Below, piece after piece: positions 1-9,718 of a stretch of DNA of 64,000 nucleotides (positions are counted from its first letter, which is position 1; the number at the start of each line of letters is the position of its first letter). The stretch covers positions 124,001-188,000 of IMG/VR virus record IMGVR_UViG_3300027759_004177; one strand, given 5' to 3'. Below the pieces are notes generated by a model that did not search any database, had not been told where the DNA came from, and worked only from the letters and a program-made list of their open reading frames with translations. The position numbers and the translations under genes are program-made.

Positions 1-793
1 ATACTCTTTTTGTTTCTCTTATGACACTAGATCCACTGATGGCAGTTACGTTCAATAGGTATGTGGAACTATCAGCATCATATACTACTGTTCCACCAGT
101 GGCATTGACATTACTAAAATCACTGTGATCGTAGTATCTTGCTTTGCTGTCGAACAATGTGTATGGTTCGCTGACACGCAGTCTACCAAACGCATCAGTT
201 GATCCTGAGCCTAGGGTAAATGTACTGGTTCCTGTTAATGTAGCAGTTACATTGCCATCTACTGTAATACTGCCACCGCCATCAGCAATGTTTACATTAC
301 CGGTAACACCGGGCATTTGTGTAATGCTCACATTGCCAGTGATACCTGGCAGTTGACCAATGTTTACATTACCACTCACTCCTACGGTGCCTGTGATGGC
401 TGGTAGTGTTGTTATAGCAACTATGTTGCCCAAGATTGCAACGTTACCTGTGACGCTAACATTGCCTGTGATTGAGGGCAAGGTTGTTATACCAGTGATG
501 TTGCCCGTAACAGTAACATTAGCGTTGCCGGTTGTTACCCAAGGTGTTGTACCTTGATTGACAACCAACACATTGCCAACAAGATACACCGGTATACGTT
601 GTGCTTCGGTGTTGTTGACTCTAACAGCATCAAGTACATTGACATTACCACTTACTGTGATGTTGTCAGACCCAAGGGTCACACGTAGGTGTGGTTCACC
701 TGATGTATCATAGGTTAATGCTTTGTGAACATTTAATAGGTTAGGTTCATTGGGATGAACGTAGTTGGTGCTGTTAGGATTCTGTACGCCCAT
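1..793 (-). CDS. Virion structural protein, partial (runs off window start); G-N-V/I-T-rich repeats followed by DAFGRLRVSEPYTLFD motif
   Basis: Not in ORF track. ATG at 793 overlaps the TAA of the upstream gene (TAATG). Hand translation MGVQNPNSTNYVHPNEPNLL...TDAFGRLRVSEPYTLFDSK stays open to the window edge. Confidence 0.75.
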   Translation of the reverse strand, partial: MGVQNPNSTNYVHPNEPNLLNVHKALTYDTSGEPHLRVTLGSDNITVSGNVNVLDAVRVNNTEAQRIPVYLVGNVLVVNQGTTPWVTTGNANVTVTGNITGITTLPSITGNVSVTGNVAILGNIVAITTLPAITGTVGVSGNVNIGQLPGITGNVSITQMPGVTGNVNIADGGGSITVDGNVTATLTGTSTFTLGSGSTDAFGRLRVSEPYTLFDSKARYYDHSDFSNVNATGGTVVYDADSSTYLLNVTAISGSSVIRETKRV

Positions 794-1674
794 TACACTT
801 TGATACCAATAAAGATTTGACTTTGTCTACCTGCCGCCCAGGTGTTGCTGTTAGTGGATCCGTATCCAGTGTTGATTGCTGAACGTGTACCAGCATCTAG
901 GGCTGATGCATCGTATGTTACCAATACCACAATGCGGCCACTGGCCACACTGGTCAGTGCCGATGACAATGCTGTTAAATTGGCAGGACTAATGTATGTA
1001 TCATATTGAGTGGCTGCTGTGACAACATCACCATATGAATCTAACACTACCAAGTTGTGGCCACGGCCATATGGGTTTGGTGCATCACCTTGACGTAGTA
1101 CTTCAATGTCGTTGACCACTACTCTAGCAGGTTGAAAACTGGGAACATCATAGGTTGATGATTCTGCATAAATCTTGTTGCCACTCACATACTGTGTGGT
1201 TGATATTGCTGTGGTTGTGCCAAATGCTTCGTAGAATGTAAAAGCACTGACAGTAGAAATCCATGGACGACCCACGGTTAATCCGCTGGTGTTGGGATTG
1301 TTAACTATGGCATTGTTGTTGTATTGTGTTGGCAACGCAGAAAGATCATAAGTTGCTCTTGCTTCACCACTGGCAACTCGGTCCAGGGCGGCCAAATCCA
1401 GTTTGGCTTTTTGTTTGAGTTCTTTGGTGGCAAGACGACCAATTTTATTGTTTGTACGCAGTCTAGTTCCAGAGACGATACCAAGACTGGACAATGTTGC
1501 TGATCCACTGGCCACGGATCCATTTAATACTATATCATACCAGGTGCTGTCAAAACCACGTGCTGAATTAACGGCTGTTTTTAATTGGTTGATAGTTTGA
1601 GCATTGTCGATAGTGTAACTGTCGTACAAAGCTGTGTTTAATAAACTTTGAACTGTGATGGTGATGTTGGCCAT
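793..1674 (-). CDS. Protein with N-terminal ubiquitin-like domain and C-terminal ILEI/PANDER-like domain, probably virion-associated
   Basis: Residues 1-75 follow the ubiquitin pattern (TINQLK..V....GF, IVLNG, TLSSLGI..G..L). C-terminus GRGHNLVVLD...YDTY...GRIVVLVTYDAS matches ILEI. Confidence 0.65.
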   Translation of the reverse strand: MANITITVQSLLNTALYDSYTIDNAQTINQLKTAVNSARGFDSTWYDIVLNGSVASGSATLSSLGIVSGTRLRTNNKIGRLATKELKQKAKLDLAALDRVASGEARATYDLSALPTQYNNNAIVNNPNTSGLTVGRPWISTVSAFTFYEAFGTTTAISTTQYVSGNKIYAESSTYDVPSFQPARVVVNDIEVLRQGDAPNPYGRGHNLVVLDSYGDVVTAATQYDTYISPANLTALSSALTSVASGRIVVLVTYDASALDAGTRSAINTGYGSTNSNTWAAGRQSQIFIGIKV

Positions 1675-2042
1675 TAGCGGGCTCCTGCTTGGAATCCTGG
1701 ATACATGCTGGGAGCATTGGTACGAATGTCTGCGGGATTTTTACGACTGTGCATGTCATCACCACCTGGGAAAGCAGCACCAACGGGAGCGGTTACTTCG
1801 TTAGGCTCATTGGCATACTGTGTTTGTACACCGCAATCAGCTTCTGGCGCCTCTAATCCAGCCAACTGTTGGATCACTGCCAACAAGTCTGGTTCTGGTG
1901 ATTCTGGTTCCACGGCGATCTGCATCACAGGCTCATCTGGTGCAACAGCCAAGGCGGCAATGGCATCAGGAGCAGGTTGTGCAGGTGTATCTGTAGCATC
2001 TACTAGATCTAATACTCCGCGGATAATGTCTGTTATTCTCAT
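1674..2042 (-). CDS. Acidic hypothetical protein, likely head-associated
   Basis: 122-aa ORF coupled to neighbours; N-terminus MRITDII. Confidence 0.7.
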   Translation of the reverse strand: MRITDIIRGVLDLVDATDTPAQPAPDAIAALAVAPDEPVMQIAVEPESPEPDLLAVIQQLAGLEAPEADCGVQTQYANEPNEVTAPVGAAFPGGDDMHSRKNPADIRTNAPSMYPGFQAGAR

Positions 2043-2056
2043 ATTGTACTTATTGG

Positions 2057-4477
2057 TTAAAAGCCAGCGGCTTTGAGTCTTGCTGCCAATTGATCTAAAG
2101 CACCACCAACTGTGCTCACATTTGATGTCCAGTTTTGATAGTTGGCCATGGTGTAACTCACATTGGTCAATACTGTTAAACTACGTGCTGTGATGTTTCC
2201 TACGTTGGCATTGCCTGAAGTGTAGTTGAACTCAATAAACTTGTTGTCAAAGGTATCATCATTTTTGTAGATACCAAAGTGTGAATGTGGGCCTGTGCCG
2301 CGATTGTCTGTTCCGGTGCTGGCAGCGTCCCACCAAGCATAACCTAAAATAGTACTGCCACGCTGTGTGCCAGTGTTGTTTCTAAAGTCGATACTGATGT
2401 TGCCGGTGTTGTCTCCGGTACCAGGGCTACCATCACCAATGTGCAACCAGTATCCAGGATTGGTATTGTTGATACCGGTGTAGTCTTGTATGGCTATTTC
2501 GCCAGAACCGGCCGAGTTTAAGATAATGCCATTGCTTGCTCCACCTGCTGTACCAATTGTGGTGTCTGAGAATGTCAGGTTACCTGCTGTGGTAAATGAT
2601 GAGCTGTAGTTTGTACCATTGGCCCAGAATATTCCGCTGGATGTTATGATATTGCCTAGATTGGCCAGGCCGAACGCATCCACAGTACGGATGTTGCCCA
2701 CAATGGCTTGGTCGTAGATCAGGGCTGTGTTGGAAGCTATATTACCGGTTTCGGTTAGTGGTGTTTGTACGCTGGTTCCTGCCAAAATAAAAGTTGCGGA
2801 TTGTATATTACCACTAGTGAATAATTGTTTCCACTGCTTGCTGGCGCTACCAATACTGTACGTGTTATTAGTTACTGGAATCAAATTGCCCACAATGGCA
2901 CTCAAGTTGGCCACCGGAGCTATCAACACATTCGACGCTGTGATGTTGGCACGTAGGTTACCAATTTCCACGTTGGCGGCTGTGGTATTTGCTGTAGTAA
3001 TTAAGTTGAAGGACGTGATCGTGGCATTGGCAGCTGTGATGTTGGCACGTAGACTATTAATTTGTACGTTGGCCGCTGTGATGTTGGCACGTAGGCTACC
3101 AATCTCTACATTGGCCGAAGCTACATTGGCATTTACAACTGTTATTGCTGTGCTTTGTGTAGCAGCATTGGCAAACAAAGTAGTAATATTAGTAGTTGCT
3201 GTGCCAAGATTGGCATTGATAGTATCAATTTGTACAGCCTGTGTTACAGCGTTGGCTGTCCAGGCTGAGGTCACTGTGTCAACATAACTCTTCATGCCAG
3301 TGTTGGCTGTGATGATGGCCGCATTGGCAGCTGTAATGTTGGCACGTAGGTTATTTGTGTCTGTATATCCGGTGGCAATGTTAGTTGTGGCTGTACCCAG
3401 ATTAGCGTCTAAGGTAACTATTCTGGCATTGGCAGCAGTTACATTGGCATTGATTGCAACAACTGAAGGTAAATTGGCCTGCAAGCTGGCCACATTCGTT
3501 TGTAAACCGACGATGTTGGTAGTAGCTGTGCCAAGATTGGCATCGATGGTGTTGAGCTGACTGCCTTGTGCGACTGCGTTAGCAGACAACGCAATTAATT
3601 CAGCAACCTGAACTTGTGCATTGGCCTGCAAGGCTGCAATGGTCACTTGTTGTGCCACAGTATTGGCTGTCAGTGTACCAAGGGTGTCTGCTTGTGCAGC
3701 AGCATTTACTGTAAGTACCGCCAACGATAGGGATTGTGTAGCAGCGTTGGCAGTTAGAGTGTCTAAGGTTGCGGCTTGCGTGGCCGCATTGGCCAACAGG
3801 GAGGTAATATTTGTTGTGGCTGTGCCCAAGTTGGCATCCAGGGTAACTATTCTGGCATTGGCAGCAGTGACTCTATTGGTATTGGTTGAGATGTCAGTGC
3901 TTTGTGTGGCAGAATTGGCCAACAGAGTGGTAATATTTGTTGTGGCAGTACCTAGGTTAGCATTAATAGCTATGTTGGCCGATATCAAACTGGTCACGCT
4001 GGTATTGACACCGCCCAAGTTTGCTTCAATATTTTGTATGCGTAGATTAGCCGCAGTGACATTGGCATTGATTTGCGCCACATTGGCATTGACCGGTGCA
4101 AGTGTATTGCCAGAAACTATCAATGCATTGGCAATACTGGCAATATTACTGGATAAATTTGCACTGACCTGGGCATACACATTGGCAGTGATGTTACTGG
4201 TGGTTGTTGCGTACAAGGTATTGGCGTAAACATTGGCTGCAGTGGTTTGAGCAATAACGTTGGCCAAGCTGGCAGCGCCTAAAATATCATTTGTATACAG
4301 CGTGATGTTGCCTGTGCGTCCAGCCACAGTTCTTACTGGTGCATCAACGGTGATATTGGCATTACCTGCGGTAATATTAGCAAAATTTAAATTGATTATT
4401 TCAAATGCGTGTCTTAGCGTGTCACCCGTTAAATCGTTTGGAGCGGCACCTAAGTAGACGTTTGCAAAAGTACTCAT
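2057..4477 (-). CDS. Tail fibre/baseplate-attached fibre protein
   Basis: N-terminal LGAAPNDLTGDTLRHAFEIINLNF resembles the T4 gp9/gp10-type anchor; long A/N/T coiled repeats; late promoter upstream. Confidence 0.8.
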   Translation of the reverse strand: MSTFANVYLGAAPNDLTGDTLRHAFEIINLNFANITAGNANITVDAPVRTVAGRTGNITLYTNDILGAASLANVIAQTTAANVYANTLYATTTSNITANVYAQVSANLSSNIASIANALIVSGNTLAPVNANVAQINANVTAANLRIQNIEANLGGVNTSVTSLISANIAINANLGTATTNITTLLANSATQSTDISTNTNRVTAANARIVTLDANLGTATTNITSLLANAATQAATLDTLTANAATQSLSLAVLTVNAAAQADTLGTLTANTVAQQVTIAALQANAQVQVAELIALSANAVAQGSQLNTIDANLGTATTNIVGLQTNVASLQANLPSVVAINANVTAANARIVTLDANLGTATTNIATGYTDTNNLRANITAANAAIITANTGMKSYVDTVTSAWTANAVTQAVQIDTINANLGTATTNITTLFANAATQSTAITVVNANVASANVEIGSLRANITAANVQINSLRANITAANATITSFNLITTANTTAANVEIGNLRANITASNVLIAPVANLSAIVGNLIPVTNNTYSIGSASKQWKQLFTSGNIQSATFILAGTSVQTPLTETGNIASNTALIYDQAIVGNIRTVDAFGLANLGNIITSSGIFWANGTNYSSSFTTAGNLTFSDTTIGTAGGASNGIILNSAGSGEIAIQDYTGINNTNPGYWLHIGDGSPGTGDNTGNISIDFRNNTGTQRGSTILGYAWWDAASTGTDNRGTGPHSHFGIYKNDDTFDNKFIEFNYTSGNANVGNITARSLTVLTNVSYTMANYQNWTSNVSTVGGALDQLAARLKAAGF

Positions 4478-4508
4478 TGTTTTAACCCTATTATAGAGTA
4501 TTTATCGA

Positions 4509-5894
4509 TTAGTACGTTTGTTTCCACCCCGTTATGGTCTTGGTCCAGATAGCTTTGACGTTTGACCAGGTATTTGTGGCAGTTTTTACCTTGACATTGG
4601 CTACATAACCCCAGGTATCGGCGGCTGTTTTAACAGTTGTTCCGCCACTGGATACCATTTGATAAACTACATTACCGTATGGAACACCTACACCAGTTAC
4701 TGGATCCCAATTAGAACTTGCGGCGTATCCTGTAGTTAACAGGCTTGCATTATTTCCTGTTAAAATATCGTAGTACGCATTGAGATTTCCGTATAGTATA
4801 GGATGTATAGCATTAGGTATCGGACGTCGACTAGTTAAAGACGTATATCTAGCAAACATACCAGCCATAATAGGTGCGGCAGCACTTGTCCCAGACACAG
4901 ACTCAACTCTACCTATGTTATTTCCGCTATAAGTCATCCATACTCCGTAGGCGTTCATAGCTGCGGCAATATCTGGTACACCACGACCAATATCAGAACT
5001 TATAGTACCGCTAGTTAATGTAATATTTGGCCCATAAGAAGAATTAGAAGCAAAATATTTTCTATAGGTTAATCCATTTTGCCAAGTTGGTACTGCAATC
5101 ATTGAACTTATACCACCCGAACCACCAAAACCCGGTGTATTACCAATTTGACTATTATTATAAACTGTTTCGTTTGAACGTAACGTATTACCAGAAAATA
5201 CCGATAAATTGGTGCCTCCCACTGCTATCACATTGTGATTAGTTGATGGATAGTCTACTGTTACAATATTTCCAGTTAGTGTGGCAGAACTACCATAATC
5301 TCCAGCAGCTATAAAAACTGTAATTCCCTTAGCAGAAGCATTTGACAACGGTACTGCTAAAAAATCTCCGCAGTAATAATTTGGATATACGTTACTGTAA
5401 ATTTCTCCAAGGCCCCAACTAATGGTAATGATATCACAATCTTCATCCACTGCTCGTTGTATAGCATTACCAAAACTACTAGTTCTATTGGTAATGTTTG
5501 CTAACGTAACATTAGAACTATATGTAATGGAATTGTTATTGCCTTTATACAATACAATATTAGCTTTTGGGACCATACTAGCAACACATACTAAATCTAA
5601 CATATTTTCTACATCGTTGCTAACGCCATTATAACTATTAGTAGCACCATCAACACCAACAAATGTTACAGTGGGTGCCGTTAAACTTATATTTGCTAAT
5701 GATTTACTAAGATCACTTTGACTAAACCCGCCGTCTAGACTAATAATACCAACTTTAACATTGGCTCCGGTGTTAATAGGAATATTGTATGCTGTTGCTA
5801 CCTTAGGTCCAGTAAGTAAGGAACCCTCGCTAATGCTACTAGCGTGTGGTAATGCTTCAACTGAAGTTATATACGAGGATACGTTAGCTATCAT
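4509..5894 (-). CDS. S53 (sedolisin/kumamolisin-like) serine peptidase with virion-type C-terminal tail
   Basis: ENMLD (Glu/Asp), AAGDYG oxyanion Asp, RGVPDIAA, SGTSAAAP catalytic Ser, WDPVTGVG calcium-site motif. Confidence 0.9.
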   Translation of the reverse strand: MIANVSSYITSVEALPHASSISEGSLLTGPKVATAYNIPINTGANVKVGIISLDGGFSQSDLSKSLANISLTAPTVTFVGVDGATNSYNGVSNDVENMLDLVCVASMVPKANIVLYKGNNNSITYSSNVTLANITNRTSSFGNAIQRAVDEDCDIITISWGLGEIYSNVYPNYYCGDFLAVPLSNASAKGITVFIAAGDYGSSATLTGNIVTVDYPSTNHNVIAVGGTNLSVFSGNTLRSNETVYNNSQIGNTPGFGGSGGISSMIAVPTWQNGLTYRKYFASNSSYGPNITLTSGTISSDIGRGVPDIAAAMNAYGVWMTYSGNNIGRVESVSGTSAAAPIMAGMFARYTSLTSRRPIPNAIHPILYGNLNAYYDILTGNNASLLTTGYAASSNWDPVTGVGVPYGNVVYQMVSSGGTTVKTAADTWGYVANVKVKTATNTWSNVKAIWTKTITGWKQTY

Positions 5895-5897
5895 GTC

Positions 5898-8153
5898 TTA
5901 AAATGTCTGATACCAAATATCGCCAATGTTACCTTGTGTGATTGAGGGTGCGTAACTGTTGACGTAAACATTACGAGCCACGTTGGATGTCATAGCAACA
6001 TTACCACGACTGTATACCAATCCAGTTGCGGTCAAACTGCTAGCATACAAGTTTCCGTTGTAACTGTTCAAATAACCAAACACATTAGCATTGCCAAAAC
6101 TGCCTGCGCCAAATGCGAGATTGGCGTAGGTTTGATATGCACCCAAGTTGGCCGTAATTGCATTAATGCTTGTTTGCTGTGTTGCTGAGTTGGCATTGGC
6201 AAAAGTTTGATATGCCGCCAGTCCAGTTGTAATAGTACCAATACTGGTACTCTGACTCACAGCATTGGCATTGGCAAAAGTTTGATATGCACCCAGGTTA
6301 GCATTAATAGATGCTAACGAAGCATTGACCACAGTTTGATGTAAACCCAAGTTGGCATTGATTGTGTTGATACTGGTTGTTTGTGTGGCAGCATTGGCAT
6401 TGGCCGCAGTCAGGTACCCAGTCCAGGTTGGGTTAGTTGGTAGATACGCGGCCACGTTGGCATTGCTGTAAGTGGCACCAGCAAATGCTACATTGGCGTA
6501 ATTGTAGAACGCACCAACATTGGCTGACAGCGTTGCAGAAGCTGTGTTGGCATAGGTCTGATAAGCACCAATGTTGGCGTTAACAGCAACAATTTGTGCA
6601 TATTGAGTTGCGGCATTGCTGAACAATGTGGTTACACTTGTTGCCAGGCCAGACACATTGGCATTGGCAAATGTCTGATACGCACTGATATTGGCGTTGT
6701 TGGTAGATACCAAACTTGCAATTACAAGGTTGGCAGCTGTGATGTTGGCACGTAAGGCATTGGTTTCTGTTAAGCCAGTGGCAATGTTTGTGGTAGCAGT
6801 ACCAAGGTTGGCATCTAGGTATCGTATGTTACCGTGCTGGGTGGCAGCATTGGCAGTCAAGTTGGCCAAGGTTGATGCTTGAACTCCAGCATTGCTCAAC
6901 AACAATCCATTGACTGTAGTAGCAATTGATCCAAGATTGGCATCAATGGTGTTGATACTGGTTGCTTGTGTTGCGGCATTGGCCGTCAAGTTGGCCAAGG
7001 TTGAACCTTGTGTGGCTGCATTACTTAATAGCGTAGAAATATTAGCGGCAAAGCCACCAACGTTGGCATCCAAGCTGGTCACACGAGCATTGGCCGCAAT
7101 CATATTGGCCTGTAAACTAGAAATGTTTATGGTAGCAGTTCCAAGATTGGCCTTGGTAGTTACGTTGTCAGCACTCAATGGATTCAGTATATTAGATACC
7201 AGTGTACCAATGTTGGCGTCGATGAATACAATGCGAGCATTGGCTGCTGTTACATTGGCATTGATTGTGTTGATGCTGGTGTGTTGAGTAGCAGAGTTGG
7301 CATTGGCATAAATTTGATATGCACCCAGGTTGGCTTGTATGCTACCAATAGCAGAGTTAGCATAGGTTTGATACACACCCAAGTTGGCGTTAATTGTGTT
7401 AAGGACATTTGCTTGTGAAGCCGCATTGGCATTGGCTGTGGTCAAATAACCAGTCCAAGTTGGGTTGGTAGGCAAGTACGCAGCCACCGTGGCGTTGCCA
7501 TAAGTTCCGCCGCTGAATGTGGCATTGGCATAGGTCTGGAACGCACCCAAGTTGGCCGTAATGGTATTGGAGTAAGTTTGGAACGCACCCAGGTTAGAAT
7601 TGATAGCATTGACTTGTACCGCTTGTGTTACAGCATTGCTGGACAATGTGGACACGTTTGAAGTCAGCGTTGTGATGTTGGCATTGATTGGAGCCAACAA
7701 GTTTCCAGAGTTAAGAGAAGCTGTGACAGTTTCTACCACGTTGGCAGCCAAATTGGCAGTCACTCTGGCATCAACATAGGTTTTCATGGCCAAGTTGGCA
7801 GTAACAATAGCGGCATTGGTTGCTGTTAATCTAGCATTGAGTACGGAATTGGTTGGGAAATTTGCTTGAAGATAAACGTTGGAAGCGACGCCCGGTATGT
7901 CGCTGAGACTTAGTATAAGGTTCCCGCCAGTTAACGTTTTTGGTTGTCCATTGACCATGGTGATGGTTCTGGGCAACACCGTGGTACCATTGTTGATATC
8001 GTATAAAGCAGCATTAATTTGTGCCACTAGGGTTTTACTACCAGTACCTAGATTGTATGCAGGAGTAACTCCCAATAGTTGCCACAACCTTGCATTGGTC
8101 ATTGCTGTGGATGGTGATGGTACTGTGCCTAGTGATATGTTTGCTATGGTCAT
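5898..8153 (-). CDS. Tail fibre-like repeat protein
   Basis: Repeats NANLGAYQTYAN and ANVAAYLPTNPTWTGYLT; C-terminal APS..GNIGDIWYQ typical of phage fibres. Confidence 0.8.
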   Translation of the reverse strand: MTIANISLGTVPSPSTAMTNARLWQLLGVTPAYNLGTGSKTLVAQINAALYDINNGTTVLPRTITMVNGQPKTLTGGNLILSLSDIPGVASNVYLQANFPTNSVLNARLTATNAAIVTANLAMKTYVDARVTANLAANVVETVTASLNSGNLLAPINANITTLTSNVSTLSSNAVTQAVQVNAINSNLGAFQTYSNTITANLGAFQTYANATFSGGTYGNATVAAYLPTNPTWTGYLTTANANAASQANVLNTINANLGVYQTYANSAIGSIQANLGAYQIYANANSATQHTSINTINANVTAANARIVFIDANIGTLVSNILNPLSADNVTTKANLGTATINISSLQANMIAANARVTSLDANVGGFAANISTLLSNAATQGSTLANLTANAATQATSINTIDANLGSIATTVNGLLLSNAGVQASTLANLTANAATQHGNIRYLDANLGTATTNIATGLTETNALRANITAANLVIASLVSTNNANISAYQTFANANVSGLATSVTTLFSNAATQYAQIVAVNANIGAYQTYANTASATLSANVGAFYNYANVAFAGATYSNANVAAYLPTNPTWTGYLTAANANAATQTTSINTINANLGLHQTVVNASLASINANLGAYQTFANANAVSQSTSIGTITTGLAAYQTFANANSATQQTSINAITANLGAYQTYANLAFGAGSFGNANVFGYLNSYNGNLYASSLTATGLVYSRGNVAMTSNVARNVYVNSYAPSITQGNIGDIWYQTF

Positions 8154-8185
8154 TGCTTTAACCTTGTTATTTGTGTATTTATGGT

Positions 8186-8216
8186 AAAAAGCAGAAAGCC
8201 CGCACTTGGCGGGCTT
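8186..8216 (-). terminator. Rho-independent terminator after the UV endonuclease gene
   Basis: Stem aagcccgc/gcgggctt followed by a T-rich tract on the minus strand. Confidence 0.75.
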
Positions 8217-8235
8217 GGTGTAAGTGGTATAGTAT

Positions 8236-9267
8236 TTACATGCCTAGCTGTTTTGCACGTTCATAAACCTGAGCACTGGCTAGATTTTTGCCTTTTGATT
8301 CGCATTGTATGTCAAAATCTTCCCAAAATGTCAATGCCCAGTCTGTGGTTGCTTGATTCCAGTAAAAGTCTGAGTGAGCTCGCATCTTTTGTTTCTTGTA
8401 GCCCGACTCTAACAGCACAGCATGGTCCGGCGCAGAATCCACAGGATGGTCCACCAGCACATCTTCTCTGCTGACACTATAATGCATGGCTGGACGTACA
8501 CCACGCCACGAATCAATTATGCCCTTAACTCTATCATCGGTGGGTTGTATATATTCACCTGTACGTATCCAGTGGTGGTGTATGTCAAGAACCAATGCAC
8601 AGTCTTGGGCAAGTTCAAGGCTGCTGTCGACTCCCCAGGCATTTTCGTCGTTTTCGATTGTAATACAGTTTCTTGCTTCGGGAGATAACCGTCTGAGGGC
8701 ATCTCGAATACCGGCTGGACCGCGTTTACCCGAGATGTGGACATTGATCTTGAAGTCTTGAAACGTCCGACCGTATCCCATCCATCTGACCATATCTGCA
8801 TGATATTCAAACTCCTGTATTGATCTTTCTACAATGCCGGGATTCTCACTTGCCAGCACACAAAACTGTCCTGGATGAAACGATAAACGCACATCTAGTC
8901 TACGTGCTGTTTCACCAATGGGTGCAAAGATGCGTTCTAAATGGTCCTGTATTGATCTATCTTGCCACCAGTCAATCCAATCTTTTTCAGTGTAGCCTTG
9001 TAGCATTTCACTACCCAGTCGCACCATGCGTCGTTCTGGTGGTAGTGTGGCCACACGCTCGATCAGTTTTACAGCCGCAACAGCGTTGTGATTCATGATG
9101 TCCCACTGACGCTGTTCCGCTTCAAGTGGATGCTCACGCAACCAACGCATGGTGGTGCTACGTCCATTGAGATCGCGATCTACAGCATTGACTTTCATAC
9201 CGCCACATTCGCTGGGGTCATTGAGCCATTTGCAACAGAAACCAATACGCTTGAGTTTAGTGGACAA
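8236..9267 (-). CDS. uvsE: UV-damage endonuclease (UvdE/UvsE)
   Basis: RIGFCC, RLSFHPGQF, HISG, IEND, LDIHHH, HYS and HSD motifs. Start moved to TTG at 9267 after a GAGGAG RBS. Confidence 0.92.
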   Translation of the reverse strand: MSTKLKRIGFCCKWLNDPSECGGMKVNAVDRDLNGRSTTMRWLREHPLEAEQRQWDIMNHNAVAAVKLIERVATLPPERRMVRLGSEMLQGYTEKDWIDWWQDRSIQDHLERIFAPIGETARRLDVRLSFHPGQFCVLASENPGIVERSIQEFEYHADMVRWMGYGRTFQDFKINVHISGKRGPAGIRDALRRLSPEARNCITIENDENAWGVDSSLELAQDCALVLDIHHHWIRTGEYIQPTDDRVKGIIDSWRGVRPAMHYSVSREDVLVDHPVDSAPDHAVLLESGYKKQKMRAHSDFYWNQATTDWALTFWEDFDIQCESKGKNLASAQVYERAKQLGM

Positions 9268-9544
9268 GATACTCCTCAAATTCCCAGTATACACTACCAC
9301 GCTTTTCTGCGTCAATGATTGCCTGCTCAAAACCTGCGTCTGCAGCGTCCAGGCAACGAAGATCAATGGCCGCATCAAGCACTTGTAATATGGCCACGCC
9401 AACTTCGTGATTGTCAGTGCCTATCAAGTTTTCACCGATATCAATCAGGCTGTCTAACACGCTGTCTAATTCGTCCATGGTCAAGTCTTCTAACCGAACA
9501 CGATTTTCTAAAAAATCTTTGATAAGTTTTTCTGGGTTTTTCAT
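9257..9544 (-). CDS. Hypothetical acidic protein
   Basis: ORF in coupled minus-strand operon. Confidence 0.7.
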   Translation of the reverse strand: MKNPEKLIKDFLENRVRLEDLTMDELDSVLDSLIDIGENLIGTDNHEVGVAILQVLDAAIDLRCLDAADAGFEQAIIDAEKRGSVYWEFEEYLVH

Positions 9545-9717
9545 TTCATCTCCATGATGCGTTTGATCACTTCCTGAGCATCTTTGTATTTACTTGTTTC
9601 CACAGCCTGCTCCAGATAGTCAAACTGCTGTTTGTGGAGATGGTTTATAAAATCTTGTATCTGATCACGGCTAATAGTGTAGCGTATCTGGTACAAGGGA
9701 TTGTCAGGTTTTTCCAT
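9541..9717 (-). CDS. Hypothetical protein (start MEKPDN)
   Basis: ATG directly after the upstream stop; ATGA overlap downstream. Confidence 0.6.
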   Translation of the reverse strand: MEKPDNPLYQIRYTISRDQIQDFINHLHKQQFDYLEQAVETSKYKDAQEVIKRIMEMK

Positions 9718-9718
9718 T

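Noticed and set aside
2727-7287. Long plus-strand hydrophobic ORFs
   Set aside because: Antisense shadows of the A/N/T-rich fibre genes; no RBS or independent motifs.
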